The notes under the pieces: model-generated | The model's input: the letters and a program-made list of their open reading frames with translations, nothing else | Told to the model about the DNA's origin: nothing | Databases searched by the model: none | Virus record (IMG/VR): IMGVR_UViG_3300026522_000958 | Strand: one strand, 5' to 3' | DNA from: an uncultured virus (IMG/VR IMGVR_UViG_3300026522_000958) | Taxonomy: Duplodnaviria; Heunggongvirae; Uroviricota; Caudoviricetes | DNA length: 64,000 nucleotides | Part shown: positions 29,549-38,548 of the stretch, in pieces | How positions within the stretch are numbered: position 1 is the first letter of the stretch | Layout of the letters: each line of letters opens with the position of its first letter | Program-made: the position numbers and the translations under genes

Positions 29549-30652
29549 TCATATCAGGAAATCTCTTTCCTTTTTATCTTTCGTTTTCTTCTGTCTCTCC
29601 CGGTACTGGTCTTCAAGGCCGTTATCTCTGATAACTTCTTCAGCAGCTCTTAACCGTTCTGCCATCCTTGCAGGATCTGTCAGCTTTGGGATCTCATTCT
29701 TATAATATTCCGTGACAAGGATCTCGAATCTCTTATACAGACGTTCTTTTCTTGCCCGCCTGACTGTCTCATCATACTGCCCGTTGAACATCGGATTTAA
29801 GAGCAGATCTTCCATAGCTCCGACTGCTTCCCTTATATCGCTGTCTTTCGGCAGATCTTCAAGCTCTTTTTTTCTTGCATCTATTTCCTGTTCCAGATGG
29901 TTTACAGTCTTTCTCTGTCTTTCGATCTCTTCATCCAGTTTCTTTGCCTTGAATTCCTTGAGCGGCAGGGATCGCCGTCTTGATGAATCTGGTTCTTCTA
30001 TCTCAATCCCTTTGCTTCGGCATATCTGTCTGAAGATCTCATTATCCTCGTATGTGAATGTTATCTTTGCATTGTTGTATTTGTTGACAGGCGATTCTGC
30101 ATCAGGGGGAAGTACCCCCATCTCATTTAGGGCCTTACCCTGGCTTACACATAACTCTCCATGACTGTTGTGTCCCATCCATACACGTCTTACATGTACA
30201 TGCGGGGCAGTACCTGGTTCGTCGAGATGAAGGGACATGTCAAGTATCTTACAGTGATCACCGTATTTTTCATTGAATCTTTTCTGATATTCGAGAGCAC
30301 ACTCCCAGAGTACTTCAGGCTCGGGATGGTCATCAACGTTGCCTATCTCAAGTATCTTGTCCTCAGGACGCGTGTTTTTCGCATCGTGATACTGTTTCAT
30401 CGTCTTCACGAGCTTTTTCTTGTTCATATCCCTGTACCGGTTGTTCTGGTTCGACCTGTATTCGCCGAATGTATCTTCGTAGTATTCCAGTTCTGCTTCC
30501 CTGAACGATCTTGAAGTATCTCCGTCATAGACCCAGTACTGGTTTCTCTCTACCAGATCCTTGTCTATATGTGGAGCCTTTGTTACGTCGAAGTTCCTGT
30601 CGTTGTGACGACCTGATGAGTCAACCCTTGCATTATGGTTAGAAGCCCTCAT
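29549..30652 (-). CDS. MobV/Pre-type relaxase (plasmid recombination enzyme family)
   Basis: HNDR ... HID....RN.YW motif, HLDEPGTAPHVH HUH motif and C-terminal coiled coil. Confidence 0.8.
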   Translation of the reverse strand: MRASNHNARVDSSGRHNDRNFDVTKAPHIDKDLVERNQYWVYDGDTSRSFREAELEYYEDTFGEYRSNQNNRYRDMNKKKLVKTMKQYHDAKNTRPEDKILEIGNVDDHPEPEVLWECALEYQKRFNEKYGDHCKILDMSLHLDEPGTAPHVHVRRVWMGHNSHGELCVSQGKALNEMGVLPPDAESPVNKYNNAKITFTYEDNEIFRQICRSKGIEIEEPDSSRRRSLPLKEFKAKKLDEEIERQRKTVNHLEQEIDARKKELEDLPKDSDIREAVGAMEDLLLNPMFNGQYDETVRRARKERLYKRFEILVTEYYKNEIPKLTDPARMAERLRAAEEVIRDNGLEDQYRERQKKTKDKKERDFLI

Positions 30653-32500
30653 TTAACCCTCCTTCTTTTCATCCCGTCTGTAGATGTACCTGTACTCCAT
30701 CTCATGGGTATCTTCGTTGTATCCTGTGATCTCTGATATCTCCTGTACCTTGAAGTCCTGGAGATAGACTATCGTCTGGAAACTTTTGAGCATTCTCTTT
30801 GCATCGTTGTAGTCATTTGCATATCCTCTCATTGCAAGGTCGGCCATCTTGTCTATGGTCTCCGTTGAAGAGGGGGAGTGGATGGTTATCGCAGTCCGGC
30901 ATCCTGAGTTGGAGAGTGTGATCGCAGAACATATTTCAGCTCCCTTCGCCTCACCGATGACAAATACATTCGCACCTGCAACAAGTGCCAGCTGGCCTAA
31001 CTGCTCAAGGGTTACTGCCTGTTTGCCGTCGATCGAGTAATTCACCACATGCTGGAACATAACACCTTTCCTGTATTCAGGTGTTTCAGGAGAATATGCA
31101 AACAACTCGTCGTTTTCCTGTATGACAAGGATCTCAGCGGACTCTTCGTAGGCTTCTTCAAGAAACCAGTTCAGGGCGACGGTCTTACCGGAACCCGGAG
31201 GACCGGCGAATACCACGCCCCTGCTGTTCTTTCCGCAGTCAAGAAGATAATCCCTTACTTTCTCATCAAACATTCCTGCTTTTATAAGATCAGGACCCAG
31301 AAGCTTGTGCCTTGCGATCTTCCTTATGTGCAGGTACGGGTAATCAACAGAATTTACATATTCGGCTGTTATAGAAAACCTCAGTATGTAGTTCTCATCG
31401 TGCGTATCCGTAAAGGTCTGTTCTGGAACATTAAGTTTGATGCCGTTTCTTACGGCGATAGCGTCGATAAAGCGGATGTAGTCGTTTTCATCAACGAAAT
31501 GCACGTTTGACAGATACGCGTCTCCTTTTATCCTTACCCTTATGGATTCGGGTGCGGTTATCTTGATGTCCGTGATGTTCGGGTCGTCTATGAGATCCTG
31601 CACTATATAGAGCTGATACAGTGCTCTGTACAGTTTGTCTATCATCGCCGGGTAATCCTCTGACGGCAGTATCCTCTCATCGACATATTTTTTCTGCACA
31701 TGAGCCTTGAGTATCGACATAAATTCATTTTCCGCATCACGGCTTTTGAGTGAAAGCATATACTGATAGCGCTCTATTCCCGTGACCCAAATCATGATAC
31801 GGGAAAAGATGCCGTAGAACTCATCGTATGAACATACCGTTTTTGTCTGCTGGTCCTTTGTCCTGAGATCGTATATGAGATCCATGTGATCTTCGGGATG
31901 TGGGAGCTCCTTAGGCTCATACTTGTCTATACGGTTTAAGAACGGCAGTTCCTTTGTTGCACTTTCAAGAGCCTTTTTTTGTTCTTTTTCTATCTCGTCA
32001 TGCTTTTTTATCTGTTCTGGCGTATAGTGGAAATTCTTTATACTGTCCGGGATGATAAGACTGCCCTCGGTCGGCTTATTGTCCTCTACTATGGTCACAA
32101 GCTTATCCCCGGTATAGTCAAAGAATTTCTTAAAGTCAAACTGTCCGCTGTACTCTCTCAGGAGCATCACGAGAACAAGGTGTCTTCCCTTCATGCCCGC
32201 CTGTATCGAGAGTATGTCGCAGTCAAAACCTTCCTGCTCCGATACGAACTGATCTGCCATACGGCACAGCTGCCTTGCACCGATCGTTGTTCTGTGCCTG
32301 CCGATGTATATCTGAAGGGGCGTTGCCCATGCCCCTTTTCTGTCTTTTATTATCGTTTCTGCTATCTCAGTATACGGTGTATTTTCTTTAGCCCAGGGCA
32401 TCTGTTCGACCGCCCCCTTGTCGCGGAACTTGTCTTCTGCCTTCTTAAGGGAGTCGACATCCTTTATCACGTAATGTTTCAGGTTTATCTCTTTCTGCAT
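30653..32500 (-). CDS. VirB11/CpaF/TadA-family secretion ATPase
   Basis: LIDDPNITDI, LHIRK, GPPGSGKT (Walker A), IQENDEL (Asp box), VIGEAKGAE, TIHS (His box). Confidence 0.85.
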   Translation of the reverse strand: MQKEINLKHYVIKDVDSLKKAEDKFRDKGAVEQMPWAKENTPYTEIAETIIKDRKGAWATPLQIYIGRHRTTIGARQLCRMADQFVSEQEGFDCDILSIQAGMKGRHLVLVMLLREYSGQFDFKKFFDYTGDKLVTIVEDNKPTEGSLIIPDSIKNFHYTPEQIKKHDEIEKEQKKALESATKELPFLNRIDKYEPKELPHPEDHMDLIYDLRTKDQQTKTVCSYDEFYGIFSRIMIWVTGIERYQYMLSLKSRDAENEFMSILKAHVQKKYVDERILPSEDYPAMIDKLYRALYQLYIVQDLIDDPNITDIKITAPESIRVRIKGDAYLSNVHFVDENDYIRFIDAIAVRNGIKLNVPEQTFTDTHDENYILRFSITAEYVNSVDYPYLHIRKIARHKLLGPDLIKAGMFDEKVRDYLLDCGKNSRGVVFAGPPGSGKTVALNWFLEEAYEESAEILVIQENDELFAYSPETPEYRKGVMFQHVVNYSIDGKQAVTLEQLGQLALVAGANVFVIGEAKGAEICSAITLSNSGCRTAITIHSPSSTETIDKMADLAMRGYANDYNDAKRMLKSFQTIVYLQDFKVQEISEITGYNEDTHEMEYRYIYRRDEKKEG

Positions 32501-32506
32501 CAGTGC

Positions 32507-34081
32507 TTATCCTTTCTGTACGATATAGTCAACGCTCGAACTGCTCACATACTTGTCTGGAAGGCCCGTGTATCCGATCGTGTACGTTTTCCCACCTTCG
32601 ATATTGCACTGTGCCTGATAAACGCCATAGTCTGTCCTCTCGAACCGTACAGCACTTGAGTCAGGACCGCCATCCTCTGAAGGTACTGTGTAGAATATCG
32701 CGCTGAAATCTTTTATCTCTTCTTCATTGTTCTGGTCGATGCCTTCGATAGTGAACGTGACTGTCGCCATACCACTGCCGTCGAACTGTATCGTAACGCT
32801 GTCTCCGTACTGACCTGTATCGATCGATTGTGTCTGCTTTTTGTCAGTATTGTTCTGATCTGTCTTCTTGTTAGGGTTGTTGAGCACTGTGTTCTTGTTG
32901 TAGGCGTTGCCGTTTATATACCTGAATACTCCTTTGCCGTTTATCATATAATAGCCGGAATTAAACCATGACGGGATATTTACATCTACAACAGTTCCGT
33001 TGCTTCCTTCTTCGTAGGCATAGTCTGTAGAAATATAATCATCCATTGAGCCTAAGATGCGTGTATCGCACTTAAAACTGTATTCTTTTCTCTTTGTCCC
33101 GCCATATACGACTGTCTGGTATTTCTGACCGTAGCGCAGGCCTTTTATCGTCCCGTAACGCGTAACCATTTCAGAGCTTACATCATCTTTATCTGTGCTC
33201 TGCTTTGCCGACTGGCTTTCGGTGTTTTCATTATCAGACTCTTCTTCACTGTTCGTGCCGCTGCTGTCCACTGTATATGAAGAGCCAGCGTCGCCAGAGT
33301 TGTTATCATATGTCTGTCCGTCGTTGTAATATTCAGTATCTCCATCATCGGATGGGGCTGCCACATAATCCGTCCTTGACGGCACATTTCCCGTGTCCGT
33401 TCCGGTCTCAGTCGTACCATCTGATACATCGTCGCTTGAAACACTTACTTTCTCAGATGTATCCGAAGGTTTTTTATAGAGCCTCTTGTTCCCGACCATT
33501 TCGACGATGACGGAATCATTCTCACTGTCGTTTATGATCTTGTCCGTGTCCCCTCCCGGATATGTAGTCGTGGTCTTTTTGCCTGTCTCGATATAATATC
33601 TCCCAGTCACGTTCGGGGTAAGGCCGTTTATGCCAATCGAATATCCGAGATCCATAAATCTCTCGAATTCGAACTGACCGCTGAAATTGGCTTTTGAGTA
33701 ATATATGAGCTTGTCACCCTTGCCTGTTATGAGTGTAGGGATCTTGTTGATGTCATCCTTGTACCACAGGACTCTTGTGTATCTTTCCTTCACAATGCTC
33801 TGGTTCTCATCTCTGCTTGGCTCTTTTGCGCTTGTATCATCGGAATCATCCGAATCGTCATCTTTTGCACTGAACGACCCGGTACCGAAATAGACCTGAT
33901 CGTATGTACCATCCTTGTGCGCCACATAATATCTTCCGTCTATCAGTTCTTCTTTTTTAACTCCCTGCTGGAATACTTCCTTTTTACTGTCTTTACTGCT
34001 GCTCCCACATGCTGATACGGATACCGCCATCGCGGATGCAAGCATTATGGCCAGTGCTTTTTTAGTGCTGCCTTTCATCAC
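32507..34081 (-). CDS. lipoprotein
   Basis: lipobox VSAC-GS after a basic/hydrophobic signal peptide. Confidence 0.75.
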   Translation of the reverse strand: MMKGSTKKALAIMLASAMAVSVSACGSSSKDSKKEVFQQGVKKEELIDGRYYVAHKDGTYDQVYFGTGSFSAKDDDSDDSDDTSAKEPSRDENQSIVKERYTRVLWYKDDINKIPTLITGKGDKLIYYSKANFSGQFEFERFMDLGYSIGINGLTPNVTGRYYIETGKKTTTTYPGGDTDKIINDSENDSVIVEMVGNKRLYKKPSDTSEKVSVSSDDVSDGTTETGTDTGNVPSRTDYVAAPSDDGDTEYYNDGQTYDNNSGDAGSSYTVDSSGTNSEEESDNENTESQSAKQSTDKDDVSSEMVTRYGTIKGLRYGQKYQTVVYGGTKRKEYSFKCDTRILGSMDDYISTDYAYEEGSNGTVVDVNIPSWFNSGYYMINGKGVFRYINGNAYNKNTVLNNPNKKTDQNNTDKKQTQSIDTGQYGDSVTIQFDGSGMATVTFTIEGIDQNNEEEIKDFSAIFYTVPSEDGGPDSSAVRFERTDYGVYQAQCNIEGGKTYTIGYTGLPDKYVSSSSVDYIVQKG

Positions 34082-34297
34082 ATTTGTCTCCTTCCTGTCG
34101 TTTTGGTCTGCAACACTAAAGACATGGCCTACGATTTTTTCAGATTTATTGGATTTTCGGAATTTTCATATATGGAGTTTTCTTTTATACCAGTCAATTC
34201 TAGTTTCTTTATCGTAGACTGTATACAATCTTCTGCCGATTCTACTGTTAATACTTTATTCTACGACAATTCCCAGGGCAGACGTTTCATCGGGCAC

Positions 34298-34748
34298 CAT
34301 ATTGTTGTTTATATTGTATATAATATTGATTATAATATTGTATCTTACTTTATGATATTATTACTGATATTGATATTGATATTGTTGCATGATATTGATA
34401 TCTCTTTTTAATATTATATAATATATTTATTCTGATATTGTCTATAATATCATTTCAAATATATTTATAATATTCTACTCAATATCATATTGTATATTAT
34501 ATTGCATATCGTATTTCATATCGTATATTATATACTATGTAATATTATATTTCCTCTGATATGCTTAATAATATCATTTTATATATTATTAGCACTATGA
34601 TATAGGATATTATATTGTTCTGATTTCAACTTCGCATATTATGTTTTATATTGTTTATAATATTGTTTTCAATATTCTTTGGTATATCATATCCGATATG
34701 ATATTTAATATTGACATGGATATAATATTGTATTATATTATATATCGT
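34298..34748. promoter_or_regulatory. AT-rich centromere-like region upstream of parA with ~12-bp-period ATAT(T/C) repeats
   Basis: e.g. 34636-34730 CATATTATGTTT TATATTGTTTAT AATATTGTTTTC AATATTCTTTGG TATATCATATCC GATATGATATTT AATATTGACATG; similar sequence after the operon at 35910-35960. Confidence 0.6.
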
Positions 34749-34782
34749 AAACATTTTTTCGCAACGAACAGAAAGGGAACGC

Positions 34783-35547
34783 ATGATAACTATATCAGTT
34801 GCAAACCAGAAGGGCGGAGTAGGAAAGACCACTACAAGCATAGAACTTGCAGCGGCTCTTACACAGGCAGGCAAAAAGATACTTCTCATCGATTTTGACC
34901 AACAGAGTAATCTTACAAAGTATGTAGGGCTTACAGGAGAGAAACCGACTATTGATGAAGTATTGAGCGGTACAGGTACGATTGAAGATGCAATAAGAAG
35001 TGCAGGCGATTATGACGTTATAACATCTACAGAATCTCTATCATCAGCCGACAGACGTTATATCGGAGCTCAGGACATATTCCTGCTCTCAGATATCAGG
35101 GACATAATAGGAGAACAATACGATTATGACTATATGATAATCGACAATTCTCCCGCAAGGAACGTACTCTTAAACATGGCCTATATAGCGTCAGACTATA
35201 TAATAATACCGACTGAATGCGATCAGGGCAGTATAGACGGCATCATGGCCATTGATGAGGATATACGGAAATTCCGTGACGGTAAGCGGAGTTTCTCCAA
35301 AGCTCGCATAATGGGGTTCATACTTACAAAATATGAAAAGACGATAATGCATTCCGAGAGTTTCAGGGAGCTTGAAGAGATAAGGGACAGACTGGAGCCG
35401 GAAGCATTCATAATGCCGGTCAGAAAGTCGATAGTAGTTTCTGAAACAAAGCTCATGCACGAACCCCTACAGAAATCATATAAAGATTCAAACCCGGCAA
35501 GAGACTACAGGGCAGTAGCAAAGGAGATAATAAGGAGGACTGTTTGA
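34783..35547 (+). CDS. parA: ParA/Soj partition ATPase (no N-terminal HTH, type Ib-like)
   Basis: ANQKGGVGKTT, LLIDFDQQSNLT, YDYMIIDNSP. Confidence 0.93.
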   Translation: MITISVANQKGGVGKTTTSIELAAALTQAGKKILLIDFDQQSNLTKYVGLTGEKPTIDEVLSGTGTIEDAIRSAGDYDVITSTESLSSADRRYIGAQDIFLLSDIRDIIGEQYDYDYMIIDNSPARNVLLNMAYIASDYIIIPTECDQGSIDGIMAIDEDIRKFRDGKRSFSKARIMGFILTKYEKTIMHSESFRELEEIRDRLEPEAFIMPVRKSIVVSETKLMHEPLQKSYKDSNPARDYRAVAKEIIRRTV

Positions 35548-35548
35548 T

Positions 35549-35905
35549 ATGGCAGATAAAAGGGATCAGATAAGGGCGATCAACAGAAATGCGATAAAAA
35601 GGAATTTTGAACAGAAAAGCACCACAGAAAATGCAGTAGATCTGGCAGTAAAAAACGCTGAATCAGACATCAGTACATCTGAAGCATCAGTAATCATGCA
35701 AAAACCAGCTGTAAATGATACTCCCGTAAAGACGGCAGCAGAAAGTCAGGAAGTCGTCATAAAACCCAAGGTAAAGGAAAAGAGGAAGCAGACAAAGCTT
35801 CTGTATCTCACAGACACGGCAGCAGCGAACATGAAAAGAGTTTCGAAAGAATACGGAATCAGCGCCAATGAGCTTGTTAACCAGCTGTTGGAACAGCTGA
35901 GATGA
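35549..35905 (+). CDS. putative ParA partner / centromere-binding protein (RHH-like C-terminus)
   Basis: directly after parA; C-terminal TKLLYLTD...MKRVSKEYGISANELVNQLL fits a strand-helix-helix pattern. Confidence 0.65.
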   Translation: MADKRDQIRAINRNAIKRNFEQKSTTENAVDLAVKNAESDISTSEASVIMQKPAVNDTPVKTAAESQEVVIKPKVKEKRKQTKLLYLTDTAAANMKRVSKEYGISANELVNQLLEQLR

Positions 35906-35958
35906 TTTATGTAATATTGTATTATGATATCGCATATCATATCTGATATAATATTATA

Positions 35959-35988
35959 AAAAGACCCCGGACACATTCCGGGGTTTTG
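35959..35988. terminator. bidirectional terminator between the par operon and tdk
   Basis: AAAAGACCCCGGA...TCCGGGGTTTT. Confidence 0.7.
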
Positions 35989-36003
35989 AAATATAAACAA
36001 TAT

Positions 36004-36588
36004 TCAGAAATCATCAGGGCCAAGTTGGCCCAGGATAAAATGCTTTCGGCATAACGGGATATAGCTCTCATTTCCTCCGAGCATTATCTGTTTCCCTTCA
36101 CGAATGACTTTTCCTTCCTTTACTCTGGCGTTGAAACGTGCTTTTACGCCGCACCAGCAAATGGTAGGGATCTCCTCGATATTGTCAGCGATTTCCATAA
36201 GTCTCTGTGATCCGGGGAAGAAGTGTCCTCTGAAATCAGTTCTCAGCCCGTAGCATATCACCGTGGTATCTCCACTATCTACCATATCTGCAAGCTGATC
36301 TATCTGATCTTTCGACAGGAACTGAGCCTCATCGACTAGGATGATATCTATCATATCCAGGTTGACAGCATGTCTTTCCATTCTGTAGATAAATCCTTCA
36401 ACCGTATCATAAACAGTTGTTTCCAGTCCGATACGGGACTTTATGATCATTTCACCATCCCTGTTTTCTTTTCCCGGCTTAAGTATTACGGGATTCATGC
36501 CTCTCTCCCGGTAGTTATATGCTACCATCTGAAGATTAGCGCTTTTGGAAGAGCCCATTACTCCATAACGGAATACCAGTTTAGCCAT
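36004..36588 (-). CDS. tdk: thymidine kinase
   Basis: YGVMGSSKS, ILVDEAQFL, CYGLRTDF, ICWCG, YIPLCRKH. Confidence 0.95.
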   Translation of the reverse strand: MAKLVFRYGVMGSSKSANLQMVAYNYRERGMNPVILKPGKENRDGEMIIKSRIGLETTVYDTVEGFIYRMERHAVNLDMIDIILVDEAQFLSKDQIDQLADMVDSGDTTVICYGLRTDFRGHFFPGSQRLMEIADNIEEIPTICWCGVKARFNARVKEGKVIREGKQIMLGGNESYIPLCRKHFILGQLGPDDF

Positions 36589-36609
36589 ATTAACCTCCTT
36601 TAGGATAAA

Positions 36610-38331
36610 TCAGGATTCTCTAAGCATCTTTGCGAAAGGAGTCTCGATATAAGACTTTTCTTCAGATACTTTAAAATCCAGAATCTCTACCTTTGTCTGT
36701 TTCACTCCTCTGAAGTAGGAGTGGGAGAGAATGCCTATTATATCAAGTGCAACAGGCTCATTCTCAGGCAGATATTTCGCAAGGCCGAACCCAAATGCGG
36801 CAGTTGCCTTGTCTTTAATCCTGAAACTTTCACCATTTTGAAGCAGGTTGATATATTTTGGCGATGGCAGTAGCTGAAAATTATTTATCCTGTAGACTAT
36901 CTCGTTATGTCCCTCTCCGAACGGTCCAAGTGTGTCAACGAGATCTGCCTCGGCAGGTACGTCATCAGCATCTATCTCAAGATCATACTGGATCGTATCA
37001 CTGTCAAGTGCCTTGTAGTTAGCAGGAAATGAGTCTTTCAGTGCATTCCTGAAATCATCAACCCTATCCTTTTCAAGAGAAAGCCCTGCCGCACCGGGAT
37101 GACCGCCATAACCAAGAAGTGTATTCGAGATTTTATCCAGTTCCAGTTTCATATTATAATTTCCGTATGACCTGCCGGAGCCTTTTACGATACCGCCTTC
37201 AGAGTCAGTAAGAACGATCGCCGGCACATGATATTCTTCACAGAGGTTTCCTGCAATGATCCCGATGATGCCGTCTCCGACGCCCGGGACGTATACAACC
37301 AGCGGCCTGTCCTCTTCAAGTCCGTCTTCTTTAATGGACTTATGGGCAAGTCTTAATCCTTCTCTTTTTTCAAGCTTTCTTTCCTCATTTACTGCAACAA
37401 GGCGTTCGGCTGAATCAAGAGCTTTTTCATAAGGCCCATCGTACATCAGCTGCTTTACGGCACTGTATGCTCCTGCAGCTCCGTGGAGACGGCTCTGCGC
37501 ATTTATAACGGGGCCCTGAGAAAAGCCTATGTCTTTTGCTGTCAGATGTCCGTCAGCGAGATGCAGAGCAGAAGTGATGGCATAAAGTCCTGTAGTACAG
37601 TTCTTTACGCTCTCCATGTCCTCAAGAGTCTTCTTTGCAAGGACAAAGTTCTCTTCACGAAGCGGCATGACATCGCAGATAGTCCCGATTCCTGCAAGAG
37701 GGCGGAGTTTTCTTAAAACTTCCTTGTCATCATGGCACAGCTTCCTTATAAGCCTGTAGGCAAGTCCTGCACCACAGTATCCGTTAAAATCTGACAGTTG
37801 GAATCCGTACATGGATTCCTCAGCTTCCGGGTCTACGATGACATCAGCATCAGGTACTGTATCACCTGCAAGATGATGATCAAGAACAACAGTGGCAAAG
37901 CCGCGTTCTTTTGCACGGTTCACGGCATCAAGACATGATATACCGTTATCGACAAAGATACAGAGAACATTGTCTCCGGAAATCCTGTCGATGTGGAATG
38001 CCTTTGTGCCATATCCTTCAGTTAGGCGATCAGGGATTATTATCTGTATATCCTTTGCGCCACAGACTTTTAGCCCTTTTGCAAGAATAACCGATGATGT
38101 TTCCCCATCAGCGTCGTAATCACCCAGAATGGTGATCTTCATGCCTCTGTTGATACAGTCTTCAACAAGCGATACTGCTTCGTCAAGGTTGTTGATGTAA
38201 TAATCATCTTCTTCTGTCTTCTTCTTCCAGGCTTTAAGGTCGTTTTTGGTTGTACCATCGCCAAAATTGGCTAATGATACTTCTTCAGCAGATACAAAAT
38301 GCCCACGTCTGATCCAGTTTTTATATTTCAT
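36610..38331 (-). CDS. recJ: single-stranded DNA exonuclease RecJ (DHH family)
   Basis: GDYDADG, VDNG, LDHH, GTICDVMPL, GSGRS, GGHPGAAG, PFGEG; start moved to MKYK behind AAGGAG. Confidence 0.9.
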   Translation of the reverse strand: MKYKNWIRRGHFVSAEEVSLANFGDGTTKNDLKAWKKKTEEDDYYINNLDEAVSLVEDCINRGMKITILGDYDADGETSSVILAKGLKVCGAKDIQIIIPDRLTEGYGTKAFHIDRISGDNVLCIFVDNGISCLDAVNRAKERGFATVVLDHHLAGDTVPDADVIVDPEAEESMYGFQLSDFNGYCGAGLAYRLIRKLCHDDKEVLRKLRPLAGIGTICDVMPLREENFVLAKKTLEDMESVKNCTTGLYAITSALHLADGHLTAKDIGFSQGPVINAQSRLHGAAGAYSAVKQLMYDGPYEKALDSAERLVAVNEERKLEKREGLRLAHKSIKEDGLEEDRPLVVYVPGVGDGIIGIIAGNLCEEYHVPAIVLTDSEGGIVKGSGRSYGNYNMKLELDKISNTLLGYGGHPGAAGLSLEKDRVDDFRNALKDSFPANYKALDSDTIQYDLEIDADDVPAEADLVDTLGPFGEGHNEIVYRINNFQLLPSPKYINLLQNGESFRIKDKATAAFGFGLAKYLPENEPVALDIIGILSHSYFRGVKQTKVEILDFKVSEEKSYIETPFAKMLRES

Positions 38332-38548
38332 ATATGCTCCTTTCTCCGGCATGCCGGAAATATGATGTGATGAATAATATATAAGTTCGATAAAGATGTG
38401 GCAGAATAAGATGGCATACATTCTCATATATGGGAAAAGAGACAAACATCTACGGACAGTATCCGTTTTCTATATATGAAAAAACGTAGCCAGAAAATCT
38501 TCCAAATCTGTCGTAATGAGAAGACAATGACCAGAAAGGAAAACATAT

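Noticed and set aside
34103..34898. Ile/Tyr/Asn-rich ORFs upstream of parA
   Set aside because: By-products of the AT-rich periodic repeats.
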